Part shown: one piece after another, positions 17,533 to 25,946 of the stretch
Numbering within the stretch: position 1 is the first letter of the stretch
How the letters are laid out: each line of letters starts with the position of its first letter
Assembly: GCA_020724585.1 (NCBI GenBank)
Contig: DYGS01000001.1
Span: 422,002-486,001 of the forward strand
Source: Candidatus Microgenomatus sp.
Lineage (GTDB): Bacteria > Patescibacteriota > Microgenomatia > UBA8517
Length of the DNA stretch: 64,000 nucleotides
Direction: 5' to 3'
The notes under the pieces: model-generated
Told to the model about the DNA's origin: nothing
Seen by the model: only the letters and a program-made list of their open reading frames with translations
Databases searched by the model: none
Position numbers and translations under genes: made by a program

Positions 17533-18579
17533 TTACTTTAAATTTTCTAATTTTTCAATCGTGTAATGAAAAGCACCTTTTATGGCAGAAAGAATGTTTT
17601 TGACTGTTCCCCATGCTGCGACTGAAACTAAAGCTTCTCCAAATACTCCCCCTATTGTTCCAGTAACTACATTTTGTGCAAGCCAGGATTCAATTAGGGG
17701 GGACGAGGCTGCGATTTTGGTAAAAAGAATTATTGGTCCGGCAACAGCTCCACCAACGGCAACGATTGGTACTGTCTTATCTTCCGCCTCATCCATCCAT
17801 TTAGAAAGTCTGTCAACGGGAGCTTGAAGGAAAATAACGGATGCCTCAGCAATGGTAATAATTAGGGGAGTAGTCATGCCTCTAATTTTAGATGTTCTTA
17901 TTTCTCCTTTTACTTTTTCAGCTTTAACAAGAATCTCTCCTCTATTGGCAAGCTCCTGCGCAGTTTTTCCTTTTTCAGAGATGGTTAGTCTATTAAGCCC
18001 CTCTCTCAAAGCAACAAGAGCTGTTTCGGCTTCAATTTCAGCGGATTCACTGGCTATTTCAGAAGCAGAGAGAATTATTGTTGCCAATTCTTTGTGAAAT
18101 CTCAAAAAGTCAAAAAATCCTTGAGGATTAAGTTTACCTTCAGGACTTAAAATAGGCTGGTATTCAGAATTTTCTTCAGAAATATCTTTATATACCTTAA
18201 CAATTGTGGTTTCTTTCCCGAGCATGGCAGAAAATCCCTCGTTGACCATGCCCATTTGCTTCTTAAGATTATCTAATCTTGTCTGATCTGTTTTTATTGA
18301 AGCATCAAGATATTTCTCTTCTATTCCTTCCCTGAAGTAATCAAGAAGAAGCTTTTTGCTCTCGTCATCCCCCCTTACAAGCTGACCCATTAAAACTCTC
18401 AACTGAAGAATCCCTTCGCTTGTTCTTTGAGCTAATGACAAATCATTTTCAATGTTTCCACTCTCTACAATTTCATCTTCAACTGGTCCGACAGGTTCAT
18501 TTGGTCTTTCCTGGGGAACCCCCTGTATTAAACTTTGGAATCTGGTCAATTTTTCGTTCATTAACGCGTGTTTTATCAC
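17533..18579 (-). CDS. hypothetical protein with hydrophobic C-terminal region
   Basis: ORF; C-terminal GxxxG-rich helices. Confidence 0.4.
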   Translation of the reverse strand: MIKHALMNEKLTRFQSLIQGVPQERPNEPVGPVEDEIVESGNIENDLSLAQRTSEGILQLRVLMGQLVRGDDESKKLLLDYFREGIEEKYLDASIKTDQTRLDNLKKQMGMVNEGFSAMLGKETTIVKVYKDISEENSEYQPILSPEGKLNPQGFFDFLRFHKELATIILSASEIASESAEIEAETALVALREGLNRLTISEKGKTAQELANRGEILVKAEKVKGEIRTSKIRGMTTPLIITIAEASVIFLQAPVDRLSKWMDEAEDKTVPIVAVGGAVAGPIILFTKIAASSPLIESWLAQNVVTGTIGGVFGEALVSVAAWGTVKNILSAIKGAFHYTIEKLENLK

Positions 18580-18753
18580 AACCTATAGGCAAAAGTCAAC
18601 AAAAATATTAAAATTGGGAAAAATGACAAACTCATCGGTTTTCATCGGTCAGAAAAAAAGTATACTTTGAAACATGCTTGGGCTAATCAGATGCTATTAA
18701 AATTAAAACAAGAGTAATCTGACATAGCCCAATCTTCCCTTTCACCCATCTCC

Positions 18754-19080
18754 TTGAAAAGGAGAGAGATTGATAATTTGAACACAAAATTAAAAATTCT
18801 TTTAGGCACTTATTTTGATCAAGAAATAGATAGAGAAATATATAGACAAAAGAAGTTTGAACTTGTATCTAAAAGAAAAACAATTGAAGAACAAATTATC
18901 AATTTACAAAACAAGAAAGGGAGTTGGATCGAACCCATGAGGGAATGGATAAATGAAGCTACACAAGTACCTAAAACAGTATCATCCAACAATATGGATG
19001 ATAAAAAGGTTCTCACCAAAAAAATCTTTGGATCGAACCTTTTTTTAGAAAACAAAAAACTCCGAGGGGATGGGCAAAAG
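18754..19080 (+). pseudogene. gene fragment, possibly the C-terminal coiled-coil part of a large serine recombinase (very tentative)
   Basis: Starts at a TTG with no proper N-terminal domain; runs into tRNA-Gly; sequence flavour (WIEPMREWINEA, LENKKL) resembles recombinase C-terminal tails. Confidence 0.2.
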
Positions 19081-19123
19081 TCGTGGTCTTCGCTTCGCTC
19101 GACCTCGACAGATCGGTCATCGG

Positions 19124-19195
19124 AGCGGTGGAGCGGGCTTGAACCGCCGACCTCTTCCTTGGCAAGGAAGCATTCTACCACTGAACTACCACCGC
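19124..19195 (-). tRNA. tRNA-Gly (anticodon GCC)
   Basis: Acceptor GCGGTGG/CCACCGC, anticodon stem-loop CTTCC-TTGCCAA-GGAAG, T-arm GGCGG-TTCAAGC-CCGCT. Confidence 0.8.
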
Positions 19196-19250
19196 AAATT
19201 TCAAATATTCAGTGACCAAGCTTTGCTTACCACTGAACTACCACCGCAAA
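19176..19250. repeat. 23-bp direct repeat of the tRNA-Gly(GCC) 5' end plus 3-nt flank (19176-19198 and 19228-19250) around the spacer AGCAAAGCTTGGTCA...TATTTGAAATT
   Basis: Exact repeat; spacer shared with the tRNA-Leu(UAA) and tRNA-Leu(UAG) loci. Confidence 0.85.
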
Positions 19251-19396
19251 GATTTATTCGAGCAAATACGCAATCGCTCCCATGCTGTGCTGAGAGTTGG
19301 AGTTGCACCAACATCTGGGCTTCTTCAGAGCTCCGCCGTGACTACCTTGGCTATCTCAGCTAACTAAATGTATTATATCAAACTTATATATTTTTG

Positions 19397-19470
19397 TGGA
19401 TCCGGCAGGGATCGAACCTGCGGCCTTACGGATGTAAACCGTACGCTCTGACCAGCTGAGCTACGAATCC
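19397..19470 (-). tRNA. tRNA-Val (anticodon UAC)
   Basis: Acceptor GGATTCG/CGGATCC, anticodon stem-loop TACGG-TTTACAT-CCGTA. Confidence 0.8.
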
Positions 19471-19492
19471 ATATAACCTAACCTATAGTAAG

Positions 19493-19574
19493 TGCGCGGG
19501 ACTGGACTTGAACCAGCAAGGATTTCTCCATACGCACCTCAAGCGTACGCGTCTACCAATTTCGCCACCCGCGC
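19493..19574 (-). tRNA. tRNA-Leu (anticodon GAG), long variable arm
   Basis: Acceptor GCGCGGG/CCCGCGC, anticodon stem-loop TACGC-TTGAGGT-GCGTA. Confidence 0.8.
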
Positions 19575-19622
19575 CCATTTCATTTTATATTATATCTAAT
19601 AATCGATCTATTTGAAACAAAA

Positions 19623-19736
19623 GATGACATCCTCCCCGCCATACTGGCGGGGTATCCGTCTAAACGAGGATGACATATCAGCGTTCAATTCATCCACGGG
19701 CTTATCGCCCGTGGTTTTCTTGAATGCTGTTATAAA
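19623..19736. repeat. 114-bp hairpin-rich element, copy A (intergenic); inverted copy at 26031-26143
   Basis: Reverse complement matches 26031-26143 with 2 mismatches; internal palindromes CCCCGCCATACTGGCGGGG and CCACGGGCTTATCGCCCGTGG. Confidence 0.85.
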
Positions 19737-19746
19737 AATGCAATAT

Positions 19747-19857
19747 CAAAAGACATAAATTATTTTGAAATTAAAAATGCAGACCATAGTTACAGAAATG
19801 AATCAAGAGAGCCTGTTTTTGAAGATGAGATCATAGATATATTTAAGCGATTGTAGC
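19747..19857 (+). pseudogene. 3' fragment (about 110 bp) of an alpha/beta hydrolase gene; direct repeat of 21709-21818
   Basis: About 85% identical to the 3' end of CDS 21228..21818 (first 57 nt nearly identical); encodes ...KDINYFEIKNADHSYRNE... Confidence 0.7.
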
Positions 19858-20312
19858 GGTAACAAGAAAAATAATTTAAGATTTTGCATAGAAACTGCTG
19901 GTATTTCAGGCCTATTTATTAATTGACTTCTATTTTCTAAACAATCTTTAATCATCATTTTTCTGGTTGCAGTCATTTGTGGTGGTAAATTATTGATTTT
20001 GAACCATTTTCCCTCACATCGAGCGTACTCTGTTTTAAATGTTCCGGAAATGTATTTGCCTTCAAAAACATAAGAAGTTATTTTGTTTGAGTTAGAGTTA
20101 GTATATTCTGCAACTTTTCTTACAATCTTGATATGAAAGCCAGTTTCCTCATATGCTTCATGTATGGCTGTGGTTTCGGGAGTTTCATTTTTTTCAATTC
20201 CACCACCTTGAGGTTCCCAAACAGGAAAGTCTGATCTTTTAACTAAAAATACTTCTTTTTGATTATTTCTAGTTAAAACAACAAAAGAACCAACTGGTTT
20301 ATTAAATTTCAT
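19803..20312 (-). CDS. NUDIX hydrolase
   Basis: Nudix box GGGIEKNETPETTAIHEAYEETG. Confidence 0.75.
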   Translation of the reverse strand: MKFNKPVGSFVVLTRNNQKEVFLVKRSDFPVWEPQGGGIEKNETPETTAIHEAYEETGFHIKIVRKVAEYTNSNSNKITSYVFEGKYISGTFKTEYARCEGKWFKINNLPPQMTATRKMMIKDCLENRSQLINRPEIPAVSMQNLKLFFLLPLQSLKYIYDLIFKNRLS

Positions 20313-20706
20313 CTTTAATTTTAATTAAAAAGTTTCTATCTTCATCAACTGCCATTTTGTTAATAGCCTCATCAATATCAAACCAATCGTATTTTTCTTC
20401 CGCTTCTTTGTGGAAATCAGGCTTGTCAGTTTCCATTAGATACATATGAATATCTTTTGAAACAGGTGTTCCATCTCGTTCTGTAGCTATTTTTGAATAA
20501 CTCCCAAGTTTTTTAACTATTTTTAACTCTGTTAGTCCTGTTTCTTCAGTAACTTCTCGTATGGCAGTCTGCTCAAATGTTTCACCATCTTCAACATGAC
20601 CTTTAGGAAAGCCTAGACCTTTTATATGAGTGTAAATTGTTAAAAGAATTTGCTTATTTGGGTTGTTTCTAATTACTACTCCACCTGCTGATATAACTTT
20701 ATTCAT
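20302..20706 (-). CDS. NUDIX hydrolase
   Basis: Nudix box GHVEDGETFEQTAIREVTEETG. Confidence 0.75.
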   Translation of the reverse strand: MNKVISAGGVVIRNNPNKQILLTIYTHIKGLGFPKGHVEDGETFEQTAIREVTEETGLTELKIVKKLGSYSKIATERDGTPVSKDIHMYLMETDKPDFHKEAEEKYDWFDIDEAINKMAVDEDRNFLIKIKDEI

Positions 20707-20720
20707 ATTCTTGTATTATA

Positions 20721-21221
20721 ATGCTTGATATGACAATTAAACAAAATTTAAATTGGAGTGATGGAAAAGTATACAAGCTAGTTTGGCGTGATTGTGACTC
20801 TTTTGAAGAAATAAAAGACAAAAAATTACAGCAAAGTTACGGTGTTTGTTTTTACAAAAACAAACTGGTTATTGGAGGAAATGGTAATAATAAGTGGGGG
20901 TTAATTGGTGGACATATAGAAAATGGAGAAACACCAGAAGAAACTTTGATTAGAGAAGTACAGGAAGAATCAAATATGCGTGTAATAAAACAAATTCCTA
21001 TTGGGTATCAAGAAGTTATAAACCCAGACGGAGCCATTGACTACCAACTTCGCTCATTTTGTTTAGTTGAACCAATTGGACAATTTGTTTCCGATCCTGC
21101 GGGTAGTGTTACAGAAATTAAATTGATTGACCCAAAAGATTACAAAAAGTATTTTGATTGGGGTAAGATTGGAGATAGAATAATGAAAAGAGCAATGGAA
21201 ATTTTAAGAAAGCAAATATAA
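20721..21221 (+). CDS. NUDIX hydrolase
   Basis: Nudix box GGHIENGETPEETLIREVQEESN. Confidence 0.75.
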   Translation: MLDMTIKQNLNWSDGKVYKLVWRDCDSFEEIKDKKLQQSYGVCFYKNKLVIGGNGNNKWGLIGGHIENGETPEETLIREVQEESNMRVIKQIPIGYQEVINPDGAIDYQLRSFCLVEPIGQFVSDPAGSVTEIKLIDPKDYKKYFDWGKIGDRIMKRAMEILRKQI

Positions 21222-21227
21222 CTATAT

Positions 21228-21818
21228 ATGAATATTTCGAGTTTAAAATTTGTTGAAAATAAATCAGATACCTTAGATGTATTACTTCATGGTAGTAAAG
21301 GTGGAATGAATTATTCATTGATGCAAAAGATTGAGGATGTTTGTATAAAGCAAGGTCATTCGGTAGCTAATTTTAACTTCCCATATTTTGAAAGAGGAGA
21401 AGAACAATCTTCAGGACCAGAATTAAAGGAAGAATTAGAAACATTAAAATCAGTTTTAAATGAGTGTAATTCAAAAGAGTATAAGCATACAAGACTAATT
21501 GGAAAATCACTTGGTGCAATTATCGCTAGCTATTATCTAAAATCGTTACAAAAAGAAGAACAATCAAAATATTCTGTAGTAGTTTTTGGATATGTTACAG
21601 GAAGTATTGATTTAAAAAGTTTTGATGGAAAAATAGATATTATTCAAGGTGAGAAAGACAAGTTTGGAAGTATGGAAGTAGTTAAAAATGATTTAAAAAC
21701 GGCAGTTTCAAAAGATATTAATTATTTTGAAATTAAAAATGCAGACCATAGTTACAGAAATGAACTAAAAGAACCTATTTTTGAGGATGAGGCTATAGAA
21801 ATATTTAAAAATATATAA
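21228..21818 (+). CDS. alpha/beta hydrolase
   Basis: GxSxG (GKSLGA) and C-terminal His; the 3' end is duplicated at 19747-19857. Confidence 0.55.
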   Translation: MNISSLKFVENKSDTLDVLLHGSKGGMNYSLMQKIEDVCIKQGHSVANFNFPYFERGEEQSSGPELKEELETLKSVLNECNSKEYKHTRLIGKSLGAIIASYYLKSLQKEEQSKYSVVVFGYVTGSIDLKSFDGKIDIIQGEKDKFGSMEVVKNDLKTAVSKDINYFEIKNADHSYRNELKEPIFEDEAIEIFKNI

Positions 21819-22165
21819 TGGTAAATTCATTAACTTTCATTGGCCAAAAAGTAAATGTAGTAGTTGACAGACCATTAGGATCGAAACATCCAAAACATGG
21901 TTTTACATATGAAGTTAACTATGGCTATATTCCAAACACAAAATCTGCAGATGGAGAAGAACTAGATGCATATATTTTAGGAGTAGATAAACCAATTACA
22001 GAAACTAAAGGAATTTGCGTTGCAGTAATCAGAAGAACAGATGATGACGATGACAAATTAATTGTTACGCAAGATGGCCAAGACTTTTCAGATTCAGAAA
22101 TTGAAAAACTAACAGAATTTCAAGAAAAATGGTTTAAACACATTATCCTTCGAAAGAAGATTTAA
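21818..22165 (+). CDS. short inorganic pyrophosphatase-like protein (tentative)
   Basis: YGYIPNT...DGEELDAYIL resembles the family I PPase core (YGFIPQT...DGDPLDVLV); Asp-rich DDDDD run. Confidence 0.35.
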   Translation: MVNSLTFIGQKVNVVVDRPLGSKHPKHGFTYEVNYGYIPNTKSADGEELDAYILGVDKPITETKGICVAVIRRTDDDDDKLIVTQDGQDFSDSEIEKLTEFQEKWFKHIILRKKI

Positions 22166-22877
22166 TAATTGGCAATTCTACTTCAAAAACTTTTTGGGTG
22201 ATTTTGTGTTCCCATGAGCTATGATTTTGATTTGGCAGTATCATTACTTCTTGGTTTTTATTTTTAACAACATCAACTACTTGGCTTCTTAACTCCTCTG
22301 ATATATACATATCGTTTTCGCCGTACACGAGGTGTATTTTTCCATTATAGTTATTTAAACAGTCAAAAAAGTTAGATTCTTTTGCTTCCTGCCAGAATTT
22401 ATTACTATGTATTTGTCCACCTTCTTCTGCTATCTCATTAGGATTACCATCAAAAGTTGTTTTTGGATCAGGAACCCAGAGAATAATACATGGTATTTTT
22501 CCTTTTAATTCGTTTTTATTTGAAGCTATAACTGTGGTTGTTGCACCCATACTTTGACCAAGAAGAATTACCTTATATCCTAAATCTAAATATTTTTTAG
22601 CAAAGTAGGCAGTTGTATTCACCCATTCATTAAAAGATGAATTTAAAAAATCACCTTCAGAATTACCACAGTTTGGTTGATCAAATCTTAAAGTTGATAT
22701 TCCTTCTTTATTTAAAATTCTACTGAAATCAACAAAAGTTCTCGCTGGTCCAATTGTTGAGCTCCTAAATCCATGATTAAATATTACAATCTGTTTTTTA
22801 TTATCATCAGGTTCAGACAAAACACAAAAAACATTTTTGTTATTAATCTTTTCAAAAAAGACTTTGTCTTTAAACAT
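22143..22877 (-). CDS. alpha/beta hydrolase
   Basis: GxSxG (GQSMGA); HGF oxyanion motif. Confidence 0.55.
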   Translation of the reverse strand: MFKDKVFFEKINNKNVFCVLSEPDDNKKQIVIFNHGFRSSTIGPARTFVDFSRILNKEGISTLRFDQPNCGNSEGDFLNSSFNEWVNTTAYFAKKYLDLGYKVILLGQSMGATTTVIASNKNELKGKIPCIILWVPDPKTTFDGNPNEIAEEGGQIHSNKFWQEAKESNFFDCLNNYNGKIHLVYGENDMYISEELRSQVVDVVKNKNQEVMILPNQNHSSWEHKITQKVFEVELPIIKSSFEG

Positions 22878-23186
22878 TGTTTTAATTATAACTCAAATTG
22901 ATATAAATAAAATTACATTTTCAACTTTTAGAAGCACAAGAACAAGCAAAGAAACAAAAATTTGGAAAACGAGTATTTTAAGATTGTTCAAGAATTGAAC
23001 AATTTCAAGCTTGCTTATGTTATCAGTAAGCGTGAGCTAGGCATAACAAAACACAGTGGGTAAGCGGAAGGCCGAAACGAGCGAAGCGAGTGGATGACTG
23101 GAGCGCACACACGATATGGGTTAGCGAAGCTCCGCGAAGCGGAGCTGAGCGAGCAAACACGAGCTTCGCTACAAAATTAAAAATGG

Positions 23187-23270
23187 TGTCGAAGGAGAGA
23201 TTTGAACTCTCACGCTCGAATGAGCACACGCTCCTGAAGCGTGCCTGTCTACCAATTTCAGCACTTCGAC
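23187..23270 (-). tRNA. tRNA-Leu (anticodon CAG), long variable arm
   Basis: Acceptor GTCGAAG/CTTCGAC, anticodon stem-loop CACGC-TTCAGGA-GCGTG. Confidence 0.8.
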
Positions 23271-23334
23271 AATTTGCCTAATTATACCAAACTTGACTAA
23301 AGATTATTAATATGTCATCCTCATACTAAATGAT

Positions 23335-23955
23335 ATGTATATAACTCAACAAATAGATTTTGAGTCTTCATTCGGGTTTTGGAAAAATATGCTCTTCATG
23401 ATTATCTTCTTCACTGTTGCGCCTATTACCCTATTCATAAGTCTATTTTCACTTATTACTTTTTCGAAAAACGAAAAAGTTGAGCTGGTTCATTCACCAA
23501 CTACGGGTGTTCGTGTATATGCGTCTCTCCCTAGCGAATACCCTTCTATATCAGGCAAAGGTGAAGTATCTGATGCTAGACCCGAGATTATCAGAAACTA
23601 TTTAATTCGCTATAAATCTCCGCTTCTTGGACATGAAAGCTACTTAGTACAAAAGGCAGATGAATATGGTTTGGATTTTAGACTTTTAGTGGCAATTGCT
23701 CAACAAGAATCAAATTTGTGCAAAATTATCCCTGCAAATACTTATAACTGCTGGGGATGGGGAATACATAGCAGGGGAACTCTCGGTTTTGACTCATATA
23801 TAGAAGCAATTGATGCTGTTTCCAAGGGGCTAAAAACAGAATATATTGACAAAGGTTTAACTACTCCCGACACAATATGGAAAAAATATACTCCAGCTTC
23901 TCCTGATGGTGCCTGGGCAAAAGGGGTTAACCAGTTCTTGGCAGAGATGGAATGA
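23335..23955 (+). CDS. membrane-anchored peptidoglycan hydrolase-like protein (lysozyme-like fold)
   Basis: LLVAIAQQESN motif; N-terminal TM helix. Confidence 0.4.
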   Translation: MYITQQIDFESSFGFWKNMLFMIIFFTVAPITLFISLFSLITFSKNEKVELVHSPTTGVRVYASLPSEYPSISGKGEVSDARPEIIRNYLIRYKSPLLGHESYLVQKADEYGLDFRLLVAIAQQESNLCKIIPANTYNCWGWGIHSRGTLGFDSYIEAIDAVSKGLKTEYIDKGLTTPDTIWKKYTPASPDGAWAKGVNQFLAEME

Positions 23956-23978
23956 TTTGATATATAATACTTCTTACT

Positions 23979-24734
23979 ATGCCCGCCGCATACGACAATT
24001 ATGATTACCCATCCTATTGGAAAGGAAGGGAATATGAACACAAGGCTGAGGTGCTTGCTATTAAATCACTTATTTCCAAAATTCCCCATATTAAAAAATG
24101 TGTAGAAATTGGAGCTGGGTTTGCAAGGCTTTTGCCGGCTTATATCTTTAGGGCTAAATCTATAACTTTAACCGACCCATCTTCAAAACTTCTTTCAATT
24201 GCCAGAAAAAAATATAAACAAAATAAAAAAATTGAATTTACGCAAGCAAGTCTTGAGACTTTTTCTTCCACCACAACGAACAAATATGATCTATGCATAA
24301 TGGTCAGAGTCCTGCATCATATCCCAGACATAGATGAGGCACTGGATTGCGTTTATAAAATACTTCAAAAAAACGGCTACTTGATTCTGGAGTTTGCCAA
24401 CAAAAACAATCTAAAAGCTAGTATCAGACAATTTTTAAGGGGAAATTTCACTTATCCCATTGATATATTTCCCATCGATATTAGAAGTAAGAAAAACATC
24501 AAAAAAAATACTCTCCCTTTTGTTAATTTCCACCCTGATTTGATAAAAGAAAAATTAAAAATGAAAGGTTTTGAAATAATTGAAACACGGTCAGTATCAA
24601 ATATAAGATCAAGTTTTATTAAAAAACTTTTTCCAATGAATTTTTTGCTGGATCTGGAAAAAATACTACAGGTGCCACTTAGTAATATAAATTTTGGTCC
24701 TTCAATTTTTATACTTGCCAAAAAGACGGATTAA
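23979..24734 (+). CDS. class I SAM-dependent methyltransferase
   Basis: Motif I VEIGAGFARLL. Confidence 0.6.
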   Translation: MPAAYDNYDYPSYWKGREYEHKAEVLAIKSLISKIPHIKKCVEIGAGFARLLPAYIFRAKSITLTDPSSKLLSIARKKYKQNKKIEFTQASLETFSSTTTNKYDLCIMVRVLHHIPDIDEALDCVYKILQKNGYLILEFANKNNLKASIRQFLRGNFTYPIDIFPIDIRSKKNIKKNTLPFVNFHPDLIKEKLKMKGFEIIETRSVSNIRSSFIKKLFPMNFLLDLEKILQVPLSNINFGPSIFILAKKTD

Positions 24735-24910
24735 GTGATCACCATTTATAAACTTGACAAACCTATAGTCATATGCTATATTACCACTACATTCTGAGGC
24801 TGCTTTGATAATTATCAATGCCGGCGTTAGGATTTTACAGGTCCCGTCTACATGACGGGACTTTTTTTTCTAAATTTCTAGTATAATGTAAATTGATGCC
24901 GGAGTGGTTT

Positions 24911-24985
24911 AACAAGTCGGAGTGGCGAAATTGGTAAGCAAAGCTTGGCCAATTTCTTTAACAAGTCGGAGTGGCGAAATTGGTA
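24911..24985. repeat. 26-bp direct repeat of the tRNA-Leu(UAG) 5' end plus 5-nt flank (24911-24936 and 24960-24985) around the spacer AGCAAAGCTTGGCCAATTTCTTT
   Basis: Exact repeat. Confidence 0.85.
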
Positions 24986-25046
24986 GACGCGCAGGATTTA
25001 GGATCCTGTGGAGTAATCCTTGCAGGTTCGATTCCTGTCTCCGACA
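24965..25046 (+). tRNA. tRNA-Leu (anticodon UAG), long variable arm
   Basis: Acceptor GTCGGAG/CTCCGAC, anticodon stem-loop CAGGA-TTTAGGA-TCCTG. Confidence 0.8.
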
Positions 25047-25182
25047 CTTAAAGATTATGCAATTAATTCACAAACTTACAAGAAAAGAGAGAGATGTATT
25101 GTCAGTTTTTTTGATGTTTATACCCATTGTCATCTTTTTTAGTGTACTTGCATTATTTTTAATAATTGTTTAATATCTAATT

Positions 25183-25704
25183 ATGAGAAAACTAATTGCA
25201 GTTTTGATACTTAGCTTTCTAGTTTTTAACTTCAGTTCTTCTGTTTTAGCTCAATCTCCCAGCCCCAAATCACGCCAAACAGAAAAACGAGTTGAGAAAA
25301 TGGAAGAGGTAGGGGATAGATTTAGTGCAGTAAGAAGAGAAAGAATCGCCAATTTTTCAAATAGAATGGTTATAAAACTTGAAGCCTTGATTGAGAGGCT
25401 GGAAAAACTTATAGAAAGAATTGAAACACGAATTAAGAAAATTGAAGAGTCTAATTCTGATATTAATTTAACCGATGCAAAGGAGGACCTTGCATTAGCC
25501 AAAAAAGACTTAGAAGATACTAAGGCAGAGTTCACAGCACTTAAAGGTAAACTTGATGAAATTATAAATGAAGACAATCCAAAAGAAGCGTTTAAGCAGG
25601 TTCGCGTTCAATTCAGACTAGTTATGGAGAATCTACGCGGCGTTCACGCTAATCTAGTTAAATTGATTGGCGACATTAAAGGTTTAAGAGTAGGAAATAA
25701 ATAA
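25183..25704 (+). CDS. secreted coiled-coil protein
   Basis: Signal peptide; heptad-rich sequence. Confidence 0.45.
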   Translation: MRKLIAVLILSFLVFNFSSSVLAQSPSPKSRQTEKRVEKMEEVGDRFSAVRRERIANFSNRMVIKLEALIERLEKLIERIETRIKKIEESNSDINLTDAKEDLALAKKDLEDTKAEFTALKGKLDEIINEDNPKEAFKQVRVQFRLVMENLRGVHANLVKLIGDIKGLRVGNK

Positions 25705-25706
25705 AT

Positions 25707-25946
25707 ATGAAAAATAGGGCTGTTGTTGCACTACTTGCGATTTTGGTAATAATTATAGGTGTTTTAGCTTTCGTTATATCTGATTATGATTTTAGTCAAA
25801 CAAAAAAGTATAGAAATGAGTTAACAAAAATTGAAAGTACTTCTGAGTCTGATGAAATTGAGGATATTGAAAATGACTTAAATTCTACTAGTTTTGAAAA
25901 CATCGACTCTGAGCTTAATAGTCTTGAAGGTGAACTCTCTTACTAA
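25707..25946 (+). CDS. small membrane protein with acidic C-terminus
   Basis: One TM helix; translationally coupled to its neighbours. Confidence 0.4.
   Translation: MKNRAVVALLAILVIIIGVLAFVISDYDFSQTKKYRNELTKIESTSESDEIEDIENDLNSTSFENIDSELNSLEGELSY

Noticed and set aside
23023-23186. GC-rich repeat-like patch downstream of tRNA-Leu(CAG) as a distinct ncRNA
   Set aside because: It contains a hairpin (GCTCCGC-GAA-GCGGAGC) and CGCTTCGC-like motifs but no clear promoter or terminator boundaries. It is noted as a possible remnant and left uncalled.
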